DNA of 64,000 bases from Gracilinanus agilis (GCF_016433145.1 NC_058130.1:753123158-753187157), one strand, 5' to 3'. Positions 1-12,801 are shown, counted from the first letter of the stretch. Numbers and translations: made by a program. Notes: generated from the sequence alone by a model not told the origin.

Positions 1-163
1 ACGTGAATTGAGTGGTGACCAGTCCTTGTGGCCCTACCCTCTCTCTTCCATGTGAGGTGAATGGGACGGGTTCCCTGCATTCTCTAGCTCTTTAATTTAA
101 TATTAATAAATCCTTATAAATATCATGCTTTGGAGGCATTAAATATTCATTTTAAAATCTACA
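1..163 (+). mobile_element. 3' part of an ERV LTR (truncated by window edge)
   Basis: AATAAA followed by ...TAAAATCTACA end, resembling the 3' end of the LTR at 11041-11348. Confidence 0.55.
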
Positions 164-267
164 AATTGAAATTCCACGTCATTCCTGCTAGGCTAATCTC
201 CAATGTTCATTTAATTATTTTTCCATAAGCTATCAAGACATACAAATAAAAATCTAAAATCTCTTAC

Positions 268-379
268 CCGATGGCGAAGCCAAAGAAACTGAGCACAAAA
301 AAGGTTTCCCTCTTTTAGCTGAAGACAGATATCCTTAAGAATATCTTCATTTTTCAGAAATTCAATCCAACTGTTTCCA
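268..379 (-). CDS. KNTC1: KNTC1 exon 21, GNSWIEFLKNEDILKDICLQLKEGNLFCAQFLWLRHR; gene continues beyond the left edge
   Basis: 112 nt, canonical sites; cumulative CDS 1713 nt with no stop. Confidence 0.95.
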
Positions 380-487
380 CTGGCATATCAAAAAGAAAAG
401 TAATGATTTGTCAGAAAAGGATTGAGTATATGCCTAAAAGGGCGAACATTATTACTTTGAAATATAAATTACACATGTGATACAGGA

Positions 488-700
488 AGAGGTCTAGGTA
501 GTATAGTTAAATCTAGCCTCAGACCCTTACTAGAAGTTTGATCCTGGGCAAATTACTTAACTCTTAATTGCCTGAGTTCCTTATTTGTAAAACAGGGATG
601 TACCAGAGAAAGAAATGGCAAACCACTCCAGTATACTTTGCCAAGAAAATCTCATGGACAAGTCTATGGGGTCACAAAGAGTCAGGTATACTTGAACAAT
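488..700 (+). mobile_element. MIR/MAR1-type SINE with RTE-like tail
   Basis: GAAATGGCAAACCACTCCAGTATACTTTGCCAAGAAAATC tail; similar at ~20550-20770, 24375-24590(-), 29085-29290, 35000-35185, 52175-52255. Confidence 0.75.
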
Positions 701-1030
701 TGCACGTAATAGAGCAGATAAACAAATGCAGGAGAAAGACTGAAGAAAATTGAGCAAAGAGAGGAGGTTCAGGGATAAAAAATGGGGGAAATATGAGGAA
801 TACTAAAGGATCCAAATCAAGGATATCAAAAAGAACTTTTTTTAAAGCAATAATTTCTTCATAAGGCATTCAGTTGACTAATTAGCAGGATATAAAAATT
901 TCTATATCCTTGAACCATCAAAAAGCAAATTCTGTTCCCTTTTCCTAGTAAATAAAAATGATTCATCTATAATGATATCCCACAGATTCAATGCATAACT
1001 TAAAAATCAAAAACTGGTAAAAATATAAAC

Positions 1031-1092
1031 CTGAATTTGTCTGGTCCAAATGCTCCATAAAAAGTAGCCAACTTTGCACGGGCTTTTAATAC
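1031..1092 (-). CDS. KNTC1: KNTC1 exon 20, VLKARAKLATFYGAFGPDKF(S)
   Basis: 62 nt, AG acceptor, weak donor AG|GTTTAT. Confidence 0.94.
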
Positions 1093-1756
1093 CTGTAATG
1101 GAAATGAGACAATATACATCATTCCCATATAATATTAAAAATGTGAACATAGCTATTGAAAAGGTATACAGTGTTTCAGAAGTCACACACACATACACAT
1201 GCACAAACAAAGTCTACCCTAGAAGTCTATCTTTCATGCCTCTTTGGGATAAACAGGTGAGTTCAGGTTCTTAATACTATGTTGGTGAAATAAAATTTAC
1301 CTTTGTCAAGTTTCTACTAAGCTGGAAAGACTTCAGGTGTGGGTATAGTGAAGGACCAAATACATTTTGTCCAAGAATCATCTCGGCTAAACTCAAAGAG
1401 ACTCATCACTAGAATGGGTTTCAAGGTAATGAATCTTTTAGTCTCTCTTGGCTACAACAATTCTTAAAAGCCAGCTACTTAGTCTGAGAGTGAGCTGATT
1501 TCTTAGTTTGTGGAAAGAGTATTCACTGTGATGAAAGCACAGATCACTAAAGCATATATGAAATGCACATGAGTGCATATGTACTCATGTACACACACAT
1601 ATATTTACATATTTTGACTCTACATACTAATGAAATTAAATAATGATAAGTAACATTACTTAGAAAATCTTGACATAATAAAAATATTTCTAAGCCCACT
1701 AAGTAGAGTGTCACCTCAACACAATGGAACATTTCTAGCATTTCCTAGGAATGTTA

Positions 1757-1958
1757 TTTTTTTTTTAAACACTCACCCTTTCCACCTTAGAATCAACATT
1801 GTGTATTGGTTCCAAGGCAGAAGAGTGGTAAGGGCTAGGCAATGGGGGTTAAGTGACTTGCCCAAAGTCATATAGCCAGGAAGGATCTGAGTCAGATTGG
1901 AAAGCAGGATCTCCATCTCTAGGTCTGGCTCTTAATCCACTGAACCACTTAGCTGCCC
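1757..1958 (-). mobile_element. SINE (MAR1/SINE1 family)
   Basis: Family core on the minus strand; further similar copies at ~5127-5305(+), 6796-6985(+), 7082-7250(-), 9410-9598(-), 15240-15415(-), 19316-19520(+), 24058-24232(-), 29790-29971(-), 34637-34823(+), 35290-35450(+), 56030-56226(-). Confidence 0.85.
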
Positions 1959-2388
1959 ACTTCTGAAAATATTATTAATGACACATGAAGCATAAAGTAA
2001 TTGGATGGTCCCTTCAAAATCTCAAAAAAAACCTCAGAGTTTCTACAATGATTTATATAAAAGTCCTTATGGCAAAAAATGAGCCAGGCTCAGCCAACTA
2101 TTTTGTTGAAAATAATAAATATAAGTAGTAGGAATGTTGTTGTTGCTATTATTCCACAAGGAGGAAAATCAATATTTGTAAGCACTAGTTTTTCTCAACT
2201 GGAAACAAACATTAGATTAACTTATAATAACTTATCAAGCCATGTCACACATTTGAAAATAAGTACTCCTTATTTGATATATGTGTAAACTTAAAAGATA
2301 AGTCAATAAGAATATAAGCCAAATCCTAAATTGTAAAAAATATTAACAGTAATTAAAAAAATAACAAATCAAATGCTGTTCCATTTAC

Positions 2389-2442
2389 CTCTGTTAAGCC
2401 ATTTGAAAAGGTAGTAGGTATTTTATCTTCTTTCTTTAAAAG
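2389..2442 (-). CDS. KNTC1: KNTC1 exon 19, LLKKEDKIPTTFSNGLTE
   Basis: 54 nt, canonical sites. Confidence 0.94.
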
Positions 2443-2558
2443 CTAAGATGATTGAGAAAGAAATATACAGAGTTAGAGTGGCATGTGTCCAAAGAAGCTC
2501 ACAATATTCTCCTTTCTTTTTAGGGTTTTTTTAAAATTAAGCATTAAAGAAAACTTTT

Positions 2559-2759
2559 TTTTTTTTTTTTTTTTTTTAATTTTAAACCCTTAATTTCTGT
2601 GTATTGATTTATAGGTGGAAGATTGGTAAGGGTAGGCAATGGGGGTCAAGTGACTTGCCCAGGGTCACACAGCTGGGAAGTGTCTGAGGCCGGATTTGAA
2701 CCTAGGACCTCCCGTCTCTAGGCCCGGCTCTCAATCCACTGAGCTACCCAGCTGCCCCC
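2559..2759 (-). mobile_element. Young SINE (SINE1_Mdo-like)
   Basis: Full-length, T tract, 14-bp TSD TAAAGAAAACTTTT. Confidence 0.92.
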
Positions 2760-2901
2760 TAAAGAAAACTTTTAATCCTTTACTCCTTAATCAACATTAA
2801 TTGTTCTTAGTTCTATGCAAAATGAATTGCAGTTAATAACCTAATACTGTTTAGAGAGGTACATACAACTAAGGAGCAAAAGAAGATGTAGAAAAGCTTA
2901 C

Positions 2902-2991
2902 TCTGACTTTGGCATAATTCAGCATTTCCTGAGTTGTCTCGAAGGTTGGCCACTGAGCCTTTAAGCAGTAGTCCACCACAAACTGGTCATC
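2902..2991 (-). CDS. KNTC1: KNTC1 exon 18, DDQFVVDYCLKAQWPTFETTQEMLNYAKVR
   Basis: 90 nt, canonical sites. Confidence 0.95.
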
Positions 2992-3086
2992 CTGTTTTAT
3001 AAATAATATACCTCAGAATGTATGAGACACTTTAAATGCAAGTCACTGGGTTAAAATATATTAAATACATGGTATGAACAACATAC

Positions 3087-3212
3087 CTGGATTTTACATA
3101 AACTTTCTTTAGCTTCATCCACAAGCTGTTGCCAAACTGTTGGCCCATGGGTGCCTACTGAACACAAAGCCATTCTCTCCAATAGGTCATTTGATTTTAC
3201 CTTATAAACAAG
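3087..3212 (-). CDS. KNTC1: KNTC1 exon 17, LVYKVKSNDLLERMAL...AKESLCKIQ
   Basis: 126 nt, canonical sites. Confidence 0.95.
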
Positions 3213-4130
3213 CTGTTAAATAGAAGAGACAATTTTAACCTATGCAATGACATTAATACCAAAGCATATCTCATAGCCCTCTCTCCTAGCACTTCTTAAA
3301 GTAGAAGAGTCAAGATCGCCACCATTAGCCAATACTGAGAGCAAAAAAAAAAAAAATGCTCAGGAAATATTTAATGAAAGAAATAAAAATATCATACAAC
3401 ACAGATAATGTTAATTTGTAATTTCCTAAGTCAATATGTTGCTGGTTCCTATTTGACTTTGACATCACTAATACATTCAAGAGTTTCATATCTTCTTTGC
3501 AACAAAATGTGCACCCCCAAATGAGGCTTTGACCTACGGATTGGTCCTAAAATATCCAAGTGTTTTGTATCTTCCTCACAAAATCGCCCTCCTCCCCCTA
3601 CCCCCCAAATGAGGCTCAGAAACATGGAGAAAAAGTGGCAGACACATGTAACTTTTGAAGAGGAATGGAGGAAAATGCCTGATTCTTGAGTATCTGCAAG
3701 AAAAGTCAAATTAAGAACTGCCTCAGTGATGTTTTTCCACTTTAATATGTGCTGAGGTTTTTAAAGCTGACCCTGCACTTCTATTTAGCTTCCAAACTTT
3801 AAGGAATGTCAACATTTCTGTGAGCTAAAAACAGCAGAAACTCCCAGGTCTTCTTTTTATGACTAACATGTTATATTTGACAGGCTAAGCTTGTGTTCTT
3901 TGGTTCTGATAGCCAAAAAGAGTATGGAAGCAGAGAAGCCACTGAGCCCATCTCTTCCTTGTCTAAACATGACCCTCTTTTTCATGCAGCTTTTCCTTGA
4001 AGAACTCCCATGAGAAAGAATCACTGACCAGCTCTAAATGCAGGAAGGCTTTCCCTAACATCCAAACTCAATCTGCCTCTTCAATTTCCTCCCATTGCTG
4101 TGAATTCTGCCTCTGAGGCCAAGTAGGTAC

Positions 4131-4206
4131 CTCAACATCCAGTCCAAAACTGATGGCAAAGTTTTCAGCTTCTGTAAACTTGTGCTTGTGAAGTAATCTA
4201 CTCAAT
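4131..4206 (-). CDS. KNTC1: KNTC1 exon 16, LSRLLHKHKFTEAENFAISFGLDVE
   Basis: 76 nt, canonical sites. Confidence 0.95.
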
Positions 4207-4313
4207 CTGGGAAAGTGGAAAAAAAATAATGTAAAATATACCATATCTAGAAGTAAAAGTGTTAACTAGTTAATTAAAGACCATTTCATCAATCAATATT
4301 AAAAGGAAATTAC

Positions 4314-4379
4314 CTATTTTCTGGTAAGGCTTCTGTTAGACACCTAAGTACTATCATGGACACTGAGCCTTCAGGGGAC
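4314..4379 (-). CDS. KNTC1: KNTC1 exon 15, SPEGSVSMIVLRCLTEALPEN(R)
   Basis: 66 nt, canonical sites. Confidence 0.95.
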
Positions 4380-4478
4380 CTGAAAACAACAATAGTAATT
4401 ACTAGAAATACTCCTCTAGTTCCCCTTCAGAAGAAGAGCAAGGTCAGATTGCCTAAAGAAATAGAAAATATTACCTAC

Positions 4479-4522
4479 TTGTGGTCACTTTCATAAATTC
4501 CTTCCAAAAGGTAAATTGTATC
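4479..4522 (-). CDS. KNTC1: KNTC1 exon 14, DTIYLLEGIYESDH(K)
   Basis: 44 nt, canonical sites. Confidence 0.94.
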
Positions 4523-4614
4523 CTGCAATAATCAGTAAACAACAATTAAACACCAACTACACTCTATGTATTGTGCAAGGCACTGGAGAAACAGAAAAAT
4601 TGGAGTGGCCCTAC

Positions 4615-4620
<6 letters not shown>

Positions 4621-4664
<44 letters not shown>
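4621..4664 (+). repeat. (AC)22 microsatellite in KNTC1 intron 13
   Basis: Uninterrupted AC run. Confidence 0.98.
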
Positions 4665-4667
<3 letters not shown>

Positions 4668-5508
4668 ACAAGTTTATATAAAATACAAGGTACAAGCAGC
4701 TGGGGTTTGGAGGGCAGAGAATCAAGAAAAATGAAAAGTAATTATGAAAAATTTAAATGAGAAATAAAAAAACTAACTCACTTCAATCTTTAACTTCTAT
4801 AAATAAGGAAGAAACATAAATTAATTTGCTGGATGCCAGGAAATAAGTTTTATTTTCATTTTGTTTTTTAACTTGAAGGGCTGATATTTTCCTTGCATAT
4901 ATATTCATAAACCATATGGCAATTAATGGAGATTTTAATTAATCTGAAACTAAGCCAAGAATTTAATTAAATTCCACTTGGAGCACAGATTAGCAATGGG
5001 TTCTTAATCTTGAGTCCATAATTTCAGGTTTTTAAAAATGTTTTGATAACTGTATTTTAATCTAATTTATTTCCTTTGTCATCCTGTGCAACTGAACTGC
5101 TCCTAGGCATTTCAAAATCTGATTCTGGAGCAGCAAGCTAGCATGGTGGATGCAATGCCAAGATTAGAGAAAGGAGGACCTGGGTTCAAATCTAGCTTCG
5201 GATACTTCCTAGCTATGTGATCCTAAGCAAGTCATTTAACCCTGATTGCCTATACCTTGCCATTCTTCTGACTTAGAAGGCAGAAGAGATTTCCTTAAAA
5301 AAATAAAAATCTGATTCTAAGGCGTTTATAGATTTTCCTAAACTGCCAAAGGGTTCCATGACACAAAAAAGATTTTATATATATATATAAAACTCTTTTA
5401 AATTATGTCTTTATATAATACATATATTATATATGTATATACATATAAATATAGAGACATCATCTCCCTACCCCACTACCCACCCCCCAAACACACACAC
5501 TAACTTAC

Positions 5509-5607
5509 TGAGCTGATTCCCATCCTGACAAGTGAAGAAACAGCAGAAACTTCCAAAGAATAGAGCAAGGTCATTGTAGGCAGTGAATAAACCATGAGGT
5601 TTCTCAT
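5509..5607 (-). CDS. KNTC1: KNTC1 exon 13, MRNLMVYSLPTMTLLYSLEVSAVSSLVRMGISS
   Basis: 99 nt, canonical sites. Confidence 0.95.
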
Positions 5608-5934
5608 CTTAACAAAGAACAAAATCAAAGAGAAAAAAGGGAAAATTATTCATGTCATTACCATCAGACTCAGAAGATAAGAAACAGATCTGCTGAAAGT
5701 CTAGGTGGGCAAGAATTACGGTATCTTTTTCTAAATGTATAGGACCTATAAAAAGCACTGATTCCTTAGGTGCAATTCCAATATTCAGTATATATGTAAC
5801 AGCAAAAATTTTATATTAGACTTCCAAGCCAGCTCATTTTTATTAACCTGGAAATATATTAATGAAATTGAATCCATACCAAATAGACCAACTAATAGAA
5901 AAAACTTACTATGATGACTTAAAAGGGGGAATCC

Positions 5935-6045
5935 ATGGGGCGAGAACCAAGATGGCAGCTTAATAGCAATGAAAGCTGAAACCACTCTGACAATCTTTCC
6001 AAACCAATCTTTAAAAAGCACCTCAAAACAATAGGAGTCAAAAGA
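5935..6045 (+). mobile_element. Isolated L1 5'-end fragment
   Basis: GGGGCGAGAACCAAGATGGCAGC... resembles an L1 5' terminus; family call from recall only. Confidence 0.5.
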
Positions 6046-6339
6046 GGTAATCGATTGGTCTTACTTTTTTCCAACTGGTTCTGTTTAATGCTGTTATTTA
6101 TAAATATCTCCTATCTCCTGCCAAATATTTTAAGATACAGAAAAATCACAGGCATAATCTGAGCTCCAGAAGGAAAACAAGTAGTTCCATATTAACTGGC
6201 ATTTGCTATACATGTCTAAAATCAGACAGCTGGTCTGATACAATGATTACTAATTAATATCAATTTTTGAATTCTGCTAAAGATTTTTTTTTTCAAGACT
6301 CCCCATAACAGGAATTAGGCATTCAAAAAATATCTTTAC

Positions 6340-6391
6340 CTGATTACTAGAAGTAGTCAGAGCTATTAATTTCAGATTGATAACACCTTCC
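6340..6391 (-). CDS. KNTC1: KNTC1 exon 12, (W)EGVINLKLIALTTSSNQ
   Basis: 52 nt, canonical sites; apparently one codon shorter than human. Confidence 0.93.
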
Positions 6392-7808
6392 CTAAAAAGA
6401 AAAAAAGTACATTTTCATTAAATCAAGAAATTAAACATTGTTGGCTCTTGGGTAATATTAGAAAAAATGCTATTTCCAGTTTGAGAACAAAAACTATCTT
6501 GTATAAGAGGGCTCAGGTTATTTTTTTTAATCACCATGCTAATACTATGTTTCCCACTAACCACAGCCAAAGAAGGAACAGTTGGAATCTGACTCAAAGA
6601 ATGCCATCCTTCACTTTATTTCCTTCATGTTTTTTTTAATTGTATGTGATACATGTCTTCAGTCATGACATGGGGAACACAGAAATACATATTGCAAGAA
6701 AGCAATGGTATAACCTATATCAGACTATTTACTCCCTCAAGATAGGGGAGGAAGGAAGAGAAAATGAATCCCAAAATATCAGAAAAGAATTGTCAGAGGC
6801 AGCTAGGTGACTCAGTGGATTGACAGCCAGACCTATGGGAGGTCCTAGGTTCAAATTTCTTCTGACACTTTTTAGTGGTGTGACCCAGAGCGAGCTGCGT
6901 AACCCCCATTGTTTAGCCCTTAGGGCTTTCCTGCCTTGGAACCAATAGCTAGTATTGATTCTAAGATGGAAGGTAAGGGTTTTAAACAAAAGAAAACTGT
7001 CAAAAATTGTTTCTACATGTAATTGAAAAAATAAAATTTAATAAATTAAAAGATGATATATTTGTCTGTTTATTTATTCTTAAGCCCTTACTTTTTGTCT
7101 TAGTAACAACTCTAAGATGGAAGGGCAAGAGCTAGGCAATTGGGGTTAAGTGCCCAAGGTCACAGAGCAAGGAAGTGTCTGAGGCCATATTTGAACCCAA
7201 GTCATCCTGATTCCAGGGCTGGTGCTCTCTACACCATGCCACCTCGATTACCCTTTACTTACTTAAATATGGACTTTATTTCATTCAACAGAAAATGTGA
7301 AGGACCCAGCCAGCTAAAAACTCAAGATAAGACTCTTTTTTTTCTCTTTGCTAAGCCCCACTGCCCTAAGGGAGCTTTGTAGTCTTCTAACCTTACAAAA
7401 AAAAACTTATCCTCCCTCTCAAAAGGGAAAGAACTTCCAACTCCAGGCCTGGACTAATTTAACTGACAAAAAGAAAACGCTTTTTACCATCAAAACTAAT
7501 GCAGTTAAAATTAGAAGAGAAGCAGGAAAATGGGAAGACTTTCAGGGAAAGAAATGGACTCTCTAAAAGTACCTTAGGACACTAATATTGTCCATTTATA
7601 CAGTGTCACTGTTGGTTTCCTTACAACAATCCTATAAGGTAGGCAGAACAAGTATTAGCCCCAGGGACTGTAGGTGGTTCAGTGGACAGTGCATGAGGTT
7701 ATAGTCATAGATGACTATTTGGTAAGCATGCCATAATGTCAAAGAAGATAGGAAAAGGAGGGAAGGATTAGATAGAAGAGAAGGAATCTATAATATGCTT
7801 TCATTTAC

Positions 7809-7924
7809 CAAGTGACTGATGAAGAAGAATCTGCCTCTGTGGTAAGAATAAAATCTTCAAAATGGGTACACGGCCAGTTCCATACAGGAATTAGCGTATA
7901 AATATCCCATAAGCTCAATACATT
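7809..7924 (-). CDS. KNTC1: KNTC1 exon 11, NVLSLWDIYTLIPVWNWPCTHFEDFILTTEADSSSSVT
   Basis: 116 nt, near-identical to recalled human NVLSLWDIYTLTPVWNWP. Confidence 0.96.
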
Positions 7925-8165
7925 CTATTTAAAAAAGAGAGAAGGACATTTTACAATTTAAAACTCATTTTGACATAATAAAAACAAACATTCCTGAACT
8001 CTGAAAAAAAAGATATGTACGTTGAAAATATAGCATACACAGCTATGGGATGAAAATGTAGTTTGCTTTTTCTAGCAATATCCTCATTTCTTTTCAGTGT
8101 ATACATTAATGGGTAACATATTTTACAACATCGTTTTAAAAATAGGAATAGGATCAGAGACGTAC

Positions 8166-8218
8166 AGCAGTATCCAAAATGAAAAGCAGATTGTCTGTAA
8201 GTTGAATCTTCTTAGCAC
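8166..8218 (-). CDS. KNTC1: KNTC1 exon 10, (G)AKKIQLTDNLLFILDTA
   Basis: 53 nt, canonical sites (weak donor GCT|GTACGT). Confidence 0.93.
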
Positions 8219-8879
8219 CTACAAAAGAAAAGAAGTAGAAGAGTTCAAGTTCAGTGTTGACTACACTATATGATGACAGTCCAAAAAGCGTTTTCATACA
8301 TTTATTGGATATCAGAATTATACAGGAAAATATATTGGAAAAAAGGAAGGTTAAGATTTGTCATTTAATTAGATCAAATACTGATGAGAGTCATTTTTAC
8401 TCTCCAAGTAAAAACCAAAACAAGCAAAGCTTTTCATAAGAGTCACTCCAAAAAAGATGCTGCAATGGCCATTGGCCTATAGCCAGTTTTTGAAATAGCC
8501 CTCAAAAAGTGAAAAATGAGGAAGCAGTAACGAGGAAAGATAAAACTCAAGTTATTACAATCAAGTTATTGAAAATGTATAATGAATAATTTCAGTTCAC
8601 AAACTTGTCCTTATTCAGGCCATTTATTCATGAGGTCAAAATTTGTATCATCGTGTGTCCTTCCCTACCCCAACATCCACTATGTAGATTTTAATGGGGC
8701 TAAATCTTATTGTTTACTTATGTGGCAATGGACAACCTAGTAATAAGAATCCCTTGTTCTCTAGGTAAAAGCCAGTCCATCAGCAGGTCTGTAGAAGAAG
8801 CTCTTCTAGGCTGAAAGGAAAAGCCTGAGCCTGAGCTCTTGCTGATAAAGGATTCAAGAACCCACAGCCATCCATAAGA

Positions 8880-9400
8880 ATGTAGGTGTCATCCTCAGCT
8901 CTTTATTCTCCATATCCAATTAGTTCAACCTTCACAAGACTGATTGCTTGTATAGAACCCTTTTTCTTCTCTGATACTGTCACTTCTCTGGTGCATGCCC
9001 ATAACACCTCACACCTGAACTATTGCAATAGCCTACGCGTAGGTCAGTCTGCCTCAAGTCTCTCCCCATTCTATCCATCCTCTGCACAGCAGTTCTCTTC
9101 CTAATAATGTGTGGGTCTAGTCATGCCACCCCATTATTTAGGAAACTCCAGGGATTCCTTATTAACTTCAAGATCAAATAGAACATTCTTTGGCATTCAT
9201 AATTTGGCCTTCCTGCCTTTATAATCCTTTTACACCATACTCCCAACCATGAGCAATTGAATGTAGCAACATTAGTCTCCTGGATTTTCCTTGAACAACA
9301 CACTGCAACTCCTGATTCCATGAAATTTTTCTGGCTGTCTCCCATGTCTAAAATGCCCTTCCTCCTCACCTGGGTCTCCTGGCTTCCCTGGCAAACACTT
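8880..9400 (-). mobile_element. L2 LINE fragment
   Basis: Pyrimidine-rich L2-like motifs (CACCTGAACTATTGCAATAGCC, GAAACTCCAG..., CCCATGTCTAAAATGCCCTTCCTCC). Confidence 0.6.
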
Positions 9401-9653
9401 TCCCCACCTAAACCTTACCTTCCATCTTAGAATCAATACTAAGTATTGGTTTCAAGGCAGAAGAGGGGTTAAGGGCTAGGCAATGGGGGTCAAGTGACTT
9501 GCTCAGGGTCACACAACCAGGAAGCCTCTGAGGCCAGATCTGAACACAAGCCTACCATGCCCACGCCTGACTCTCTATCCACTGAGCCACCCAGCTCTCC
9601 TGGCTAATACTTAATGCTAGTGGCTGACCTGCAAGATGATCTCCAACTTATTC

Positions 9654-9847
9654 TTTTTTTTTTTTTTAATTTTAAACCCTTAACTTCTGTGTATTGACTT
9701 ATCGGTGGAAGAGTGGTAAGGGTGGGCAATGGGGGTCAAGTGACTTGCCCAGGGTCACACAGCTGGGAAGTTTCTGAGGCCGGATTTGAACCTAGGACCT
9801 CCCGTCTCTAGGCCTGGCTCTCAATCCACTGAGCTACCCAGCTGCCC
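9654..9847 (-). mobile_element. Young SINE (SINE1_Mdo-like)
   Basis: Near-identical to 2559 copy; TSD TTATTCT. Confidence 0.9.
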
Positions 9848-10056
9848 CTTATTCTATCTTTTGAGTGCACATATACACAAGAGTTTGCATGTTACCTCCC
9901 CCATTACATTATGTGCTCTTTGGGGTCAGGAACGGTGGCTTCAGTCTGTCTTTGTATCTAGAGTGCTTGGTGCAGTGCCTAGCACACAGTAAATGCTTCC
10001 TGGCTTGAGTCGCACTGAAGGAGGACAAGAACAAATGCTAACAGCAGCTTCCTTAC

Positions 10057-10150
10057 CTTTAATCATGTCTGAATCAATAAAATTCTTAACTGCCGCCACT
10101 TTGTTCTCAGGGTCTAGCTCCCACTTAGAGAGGACAAAATCACCAGTTCC
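10057..10150 (-). CDS. KNTC1: KNTC1 exon 9, GTGDFVLSKWELDPENKVAAVKNFIDSDMIK
   Basis: 94 nt, canonical sites. Confidence 0.95.
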
Positions 10151-11040
10151 CTAAAAGAAAGGAAAAACTATAGAATTATCTGCAAGTTTGCTCCAAAGAA
10201 GTGTAAACAAGTAGAAAGAAAGGCAGACAATGTAATCTATAGTCATCAAAGTTCAATGAAAATTTCATAGAAAATCTACATGATCTTGTCCTGTTGCTTT
10301 ATGATTTGAATTTGCCATCAAGAACATTAATGGGGAATAAAATCCCCAAAGTGGATCGTTTCTGTGTATGTATGCATTTGTATAAAAAGAGAAACAGAGA
10401 CAGAAAGATAAAAAGGGAAAGACAAAAGAAAAACAAAGAACAAGAGACTGAGCCAAAGAGACACTGAGGCCAGCAAGAAAGGCCCTGGGATAACTACAAA
10501 CATTCCATAACTCGGAAGTTTTGGTTGCACTCCTACATGACAAACAAGAGGAGAAACTACACACTTTCTGGAGATTCCTCCACTACTTATAATTGATCTC
10601 ACTGTGTTCGTAGATATTGTTAAAGAAGTCATCAATTATACTATTTTGCAGTCAAAAGAATAGTTTCTAAGCGCTTAGCAAAATGAATTGTTCTAAAATG
10701 CTGGTTAATGACAGGTTACAAAGATGCTTCTAGTAGTATCTCCAAGTTGAGATCTATATATTTAGTGATATTTAGCAATATGAACCATCAGCTGCAATGT
10801 ATTCAAAACTGCTTGGCAGAAACAACTATATGGAATTGAGATCCTCCATTAGTACCTTTTTTTCAAAATGGGATGGACCCAGAATTGAAAAGAAGAGTAG
10901 AGTGAATTATTGAAGAGTGCTTTCAAGAATTCAAGTTCTTCCTTGACAAAAGTTCAGCTTTTCAACATTAAATTCTCCTGGTAATGTACCAAAGCTCAAT
11001 TCTAATTATGTGCAAGAAATACCATAAAAGACTTACATCT

Positions 11041-11348
11041 TGTGTAATTGGAATCTGAACCCCAGAACTATAATTCCCAGCACCCCACTCTTCCTTCTCA
11101 CATTACGTCCTGATGTAGGCAGGATATAAATTTTGTGTAGCCCCACCTCTCTCTCTTCTTGTAATCGCAGGCAGCTGTGGACGCAAGCTTTTTGAGAGCC
11201 AGGAGAATTTATTCATGTGGGTTTACCTTTGTTAGATAACTAGGTTTTTATACTCCTATTTGCTTTTTATTCCTTCCACTTCAAGTAATTATTAATAAAC
11301 TTTATAAAATTAATACTTGGAGTGTTGGACATTAATTTAAATCTTACA
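11041..11348 (+). mobile_element. Solo LTR (ERV1-like), 308 bp
   Basis: TG...CA ends, perfect 4-bp TSD ATCT (11037-40 / 11349-52), TATA-like GATATAAA, AATAAA at 11294. Confidence 0.85.
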
Positions 11349-12068
11349 ATCTCAAGGATGTGATCATCAAAAAAAGAGACTGTTCAGTTATGTAAGAAAA
11401 GTGAGAGATGGCAGTGTGACACTGGTTCATATTCATGAGATGCTAAAAGACCTCAAGAAAGGATTATGCTGTGTTGGGTAGAACTGCTGTGTTGTATTTA
11501 TAGAAAAACAAGGACAAAAATAGCTTAGGATGAGAGGGCAAAAATGTGCTATGATCTACACTTCTTTTCATTAAAAGGAATATCCACGCCAATAAGATCA
11601 AAGATTCATCAAAACAAAGGTGAAGGGATATTAAAAAAATGTTTCCACTAGCAAATGTTAGCAAAAGTGTATACTTGTGGAGGAGCTAGGTAGTACAATG
11701 AATAGAACATGAGGCCTGGAGTAGGGAGGAACTGGGTTCAAATATGGCTTAAGTACTTCTTAGCTGTGTAACCCTAGACAAGTCATTTGATCCCCATTCA
11801 CCTCGCCCTTACTGATTTTTTGTTTTGGAATCAATACTAGTATCAATTCTAAAACAGAAGGTTAAGTTGTTGGGGTTTTTTTAAGTATGCATGTATGAGC
11901 AGTATGGCAAATTAAAATGCTGACATTCTATTTTTAAGATTCATTTTGCTCTTCCCGTAAAAACAATGATGCTAGTTTCAAAGAAGAATAAAGAACATTT
12001 AGGACACTCACTATCAGAAATTAAACCTAAAACACTGTAGGCCACTTTCTGTATAAAAGACAGTTTTT

Positions 12069-12289
12069 GGGGGCAGCTGGGTAGCCCAGTGGACTGAGAG
12101 CCAGGCCTAGAGACCGGAGGTCCTGGGCTCAAATCTGGCCTCAGACACTTCCTACCTGTGTGACCCTGGGCAAGTCACTTGACCCCCATTGCCTACCCTT
12201 ACCGCTCTTCTGCCTTGGAGCTAATACACAGTACTGACTCCAAGACTCCAAGGGTAAGGGCTCCCTAAAAAAACAAACAAATAAATAAA
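12069..12289 (+). mobile_element. SINE (SINE1_Mdo-like)
   Basis: 15-bp TSD TAAAAGACAGTTTTT. Confidence 0.9.
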
Positions 12290-12690
12290 TAAAAGACAGT
12301 TTTTGCTCTGCTCAGATTAAGTTTTTGAACAACTTCTGATTATGGTGTAAAAACTAAGCTTATTCTTTCACACTATTGCCCAGTTTCCTTTTTTTTTTCT
12401 TTTTTTTTTAATCTTAATTTTTTAAGAGTTGTGAGCAAGAAGGGAAACTTGAGGCCATAAAAAAAGGCAAAGCAAATCCCAGGTAGAAATGGAATAAATG
12501 ACTTTAGCTTCATTAACAAACACCACCTTCTAACCAAGTGACCTAGTCAATGAAGAAAGTAAACCATATCAAAAATACAAAGTTAGTTTTGCCATAAAAT
12601 ATTCTCAGTTTCCAATTTATGTATTAGTACATGATACTAAACATTCATTGCATTTAATATTATAAAGTGAGATGTGCAAAAAAGAATTAC

Positions 12691-12801
12691 CCCAATTATC
12701 ACTTGGTTTTCACTTGTTAAATCTCCAATCACAAAGCTTAAACAACCACAGTTATGATAATTTTCAGTAGTTATAAAACTGGTCTTGGTTTGTCCTTGTA
12801 A
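12691..12801 (-). CDS. KNTC1: KNTC1 exon 8, LQGQTKTSFITTENYHNCGCLSFVIGDLTSENQVIIG
   Basis: 111 nt, canonical sites, similar to human LQGQIKSSFISTENYH. Confidence 0.95.
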
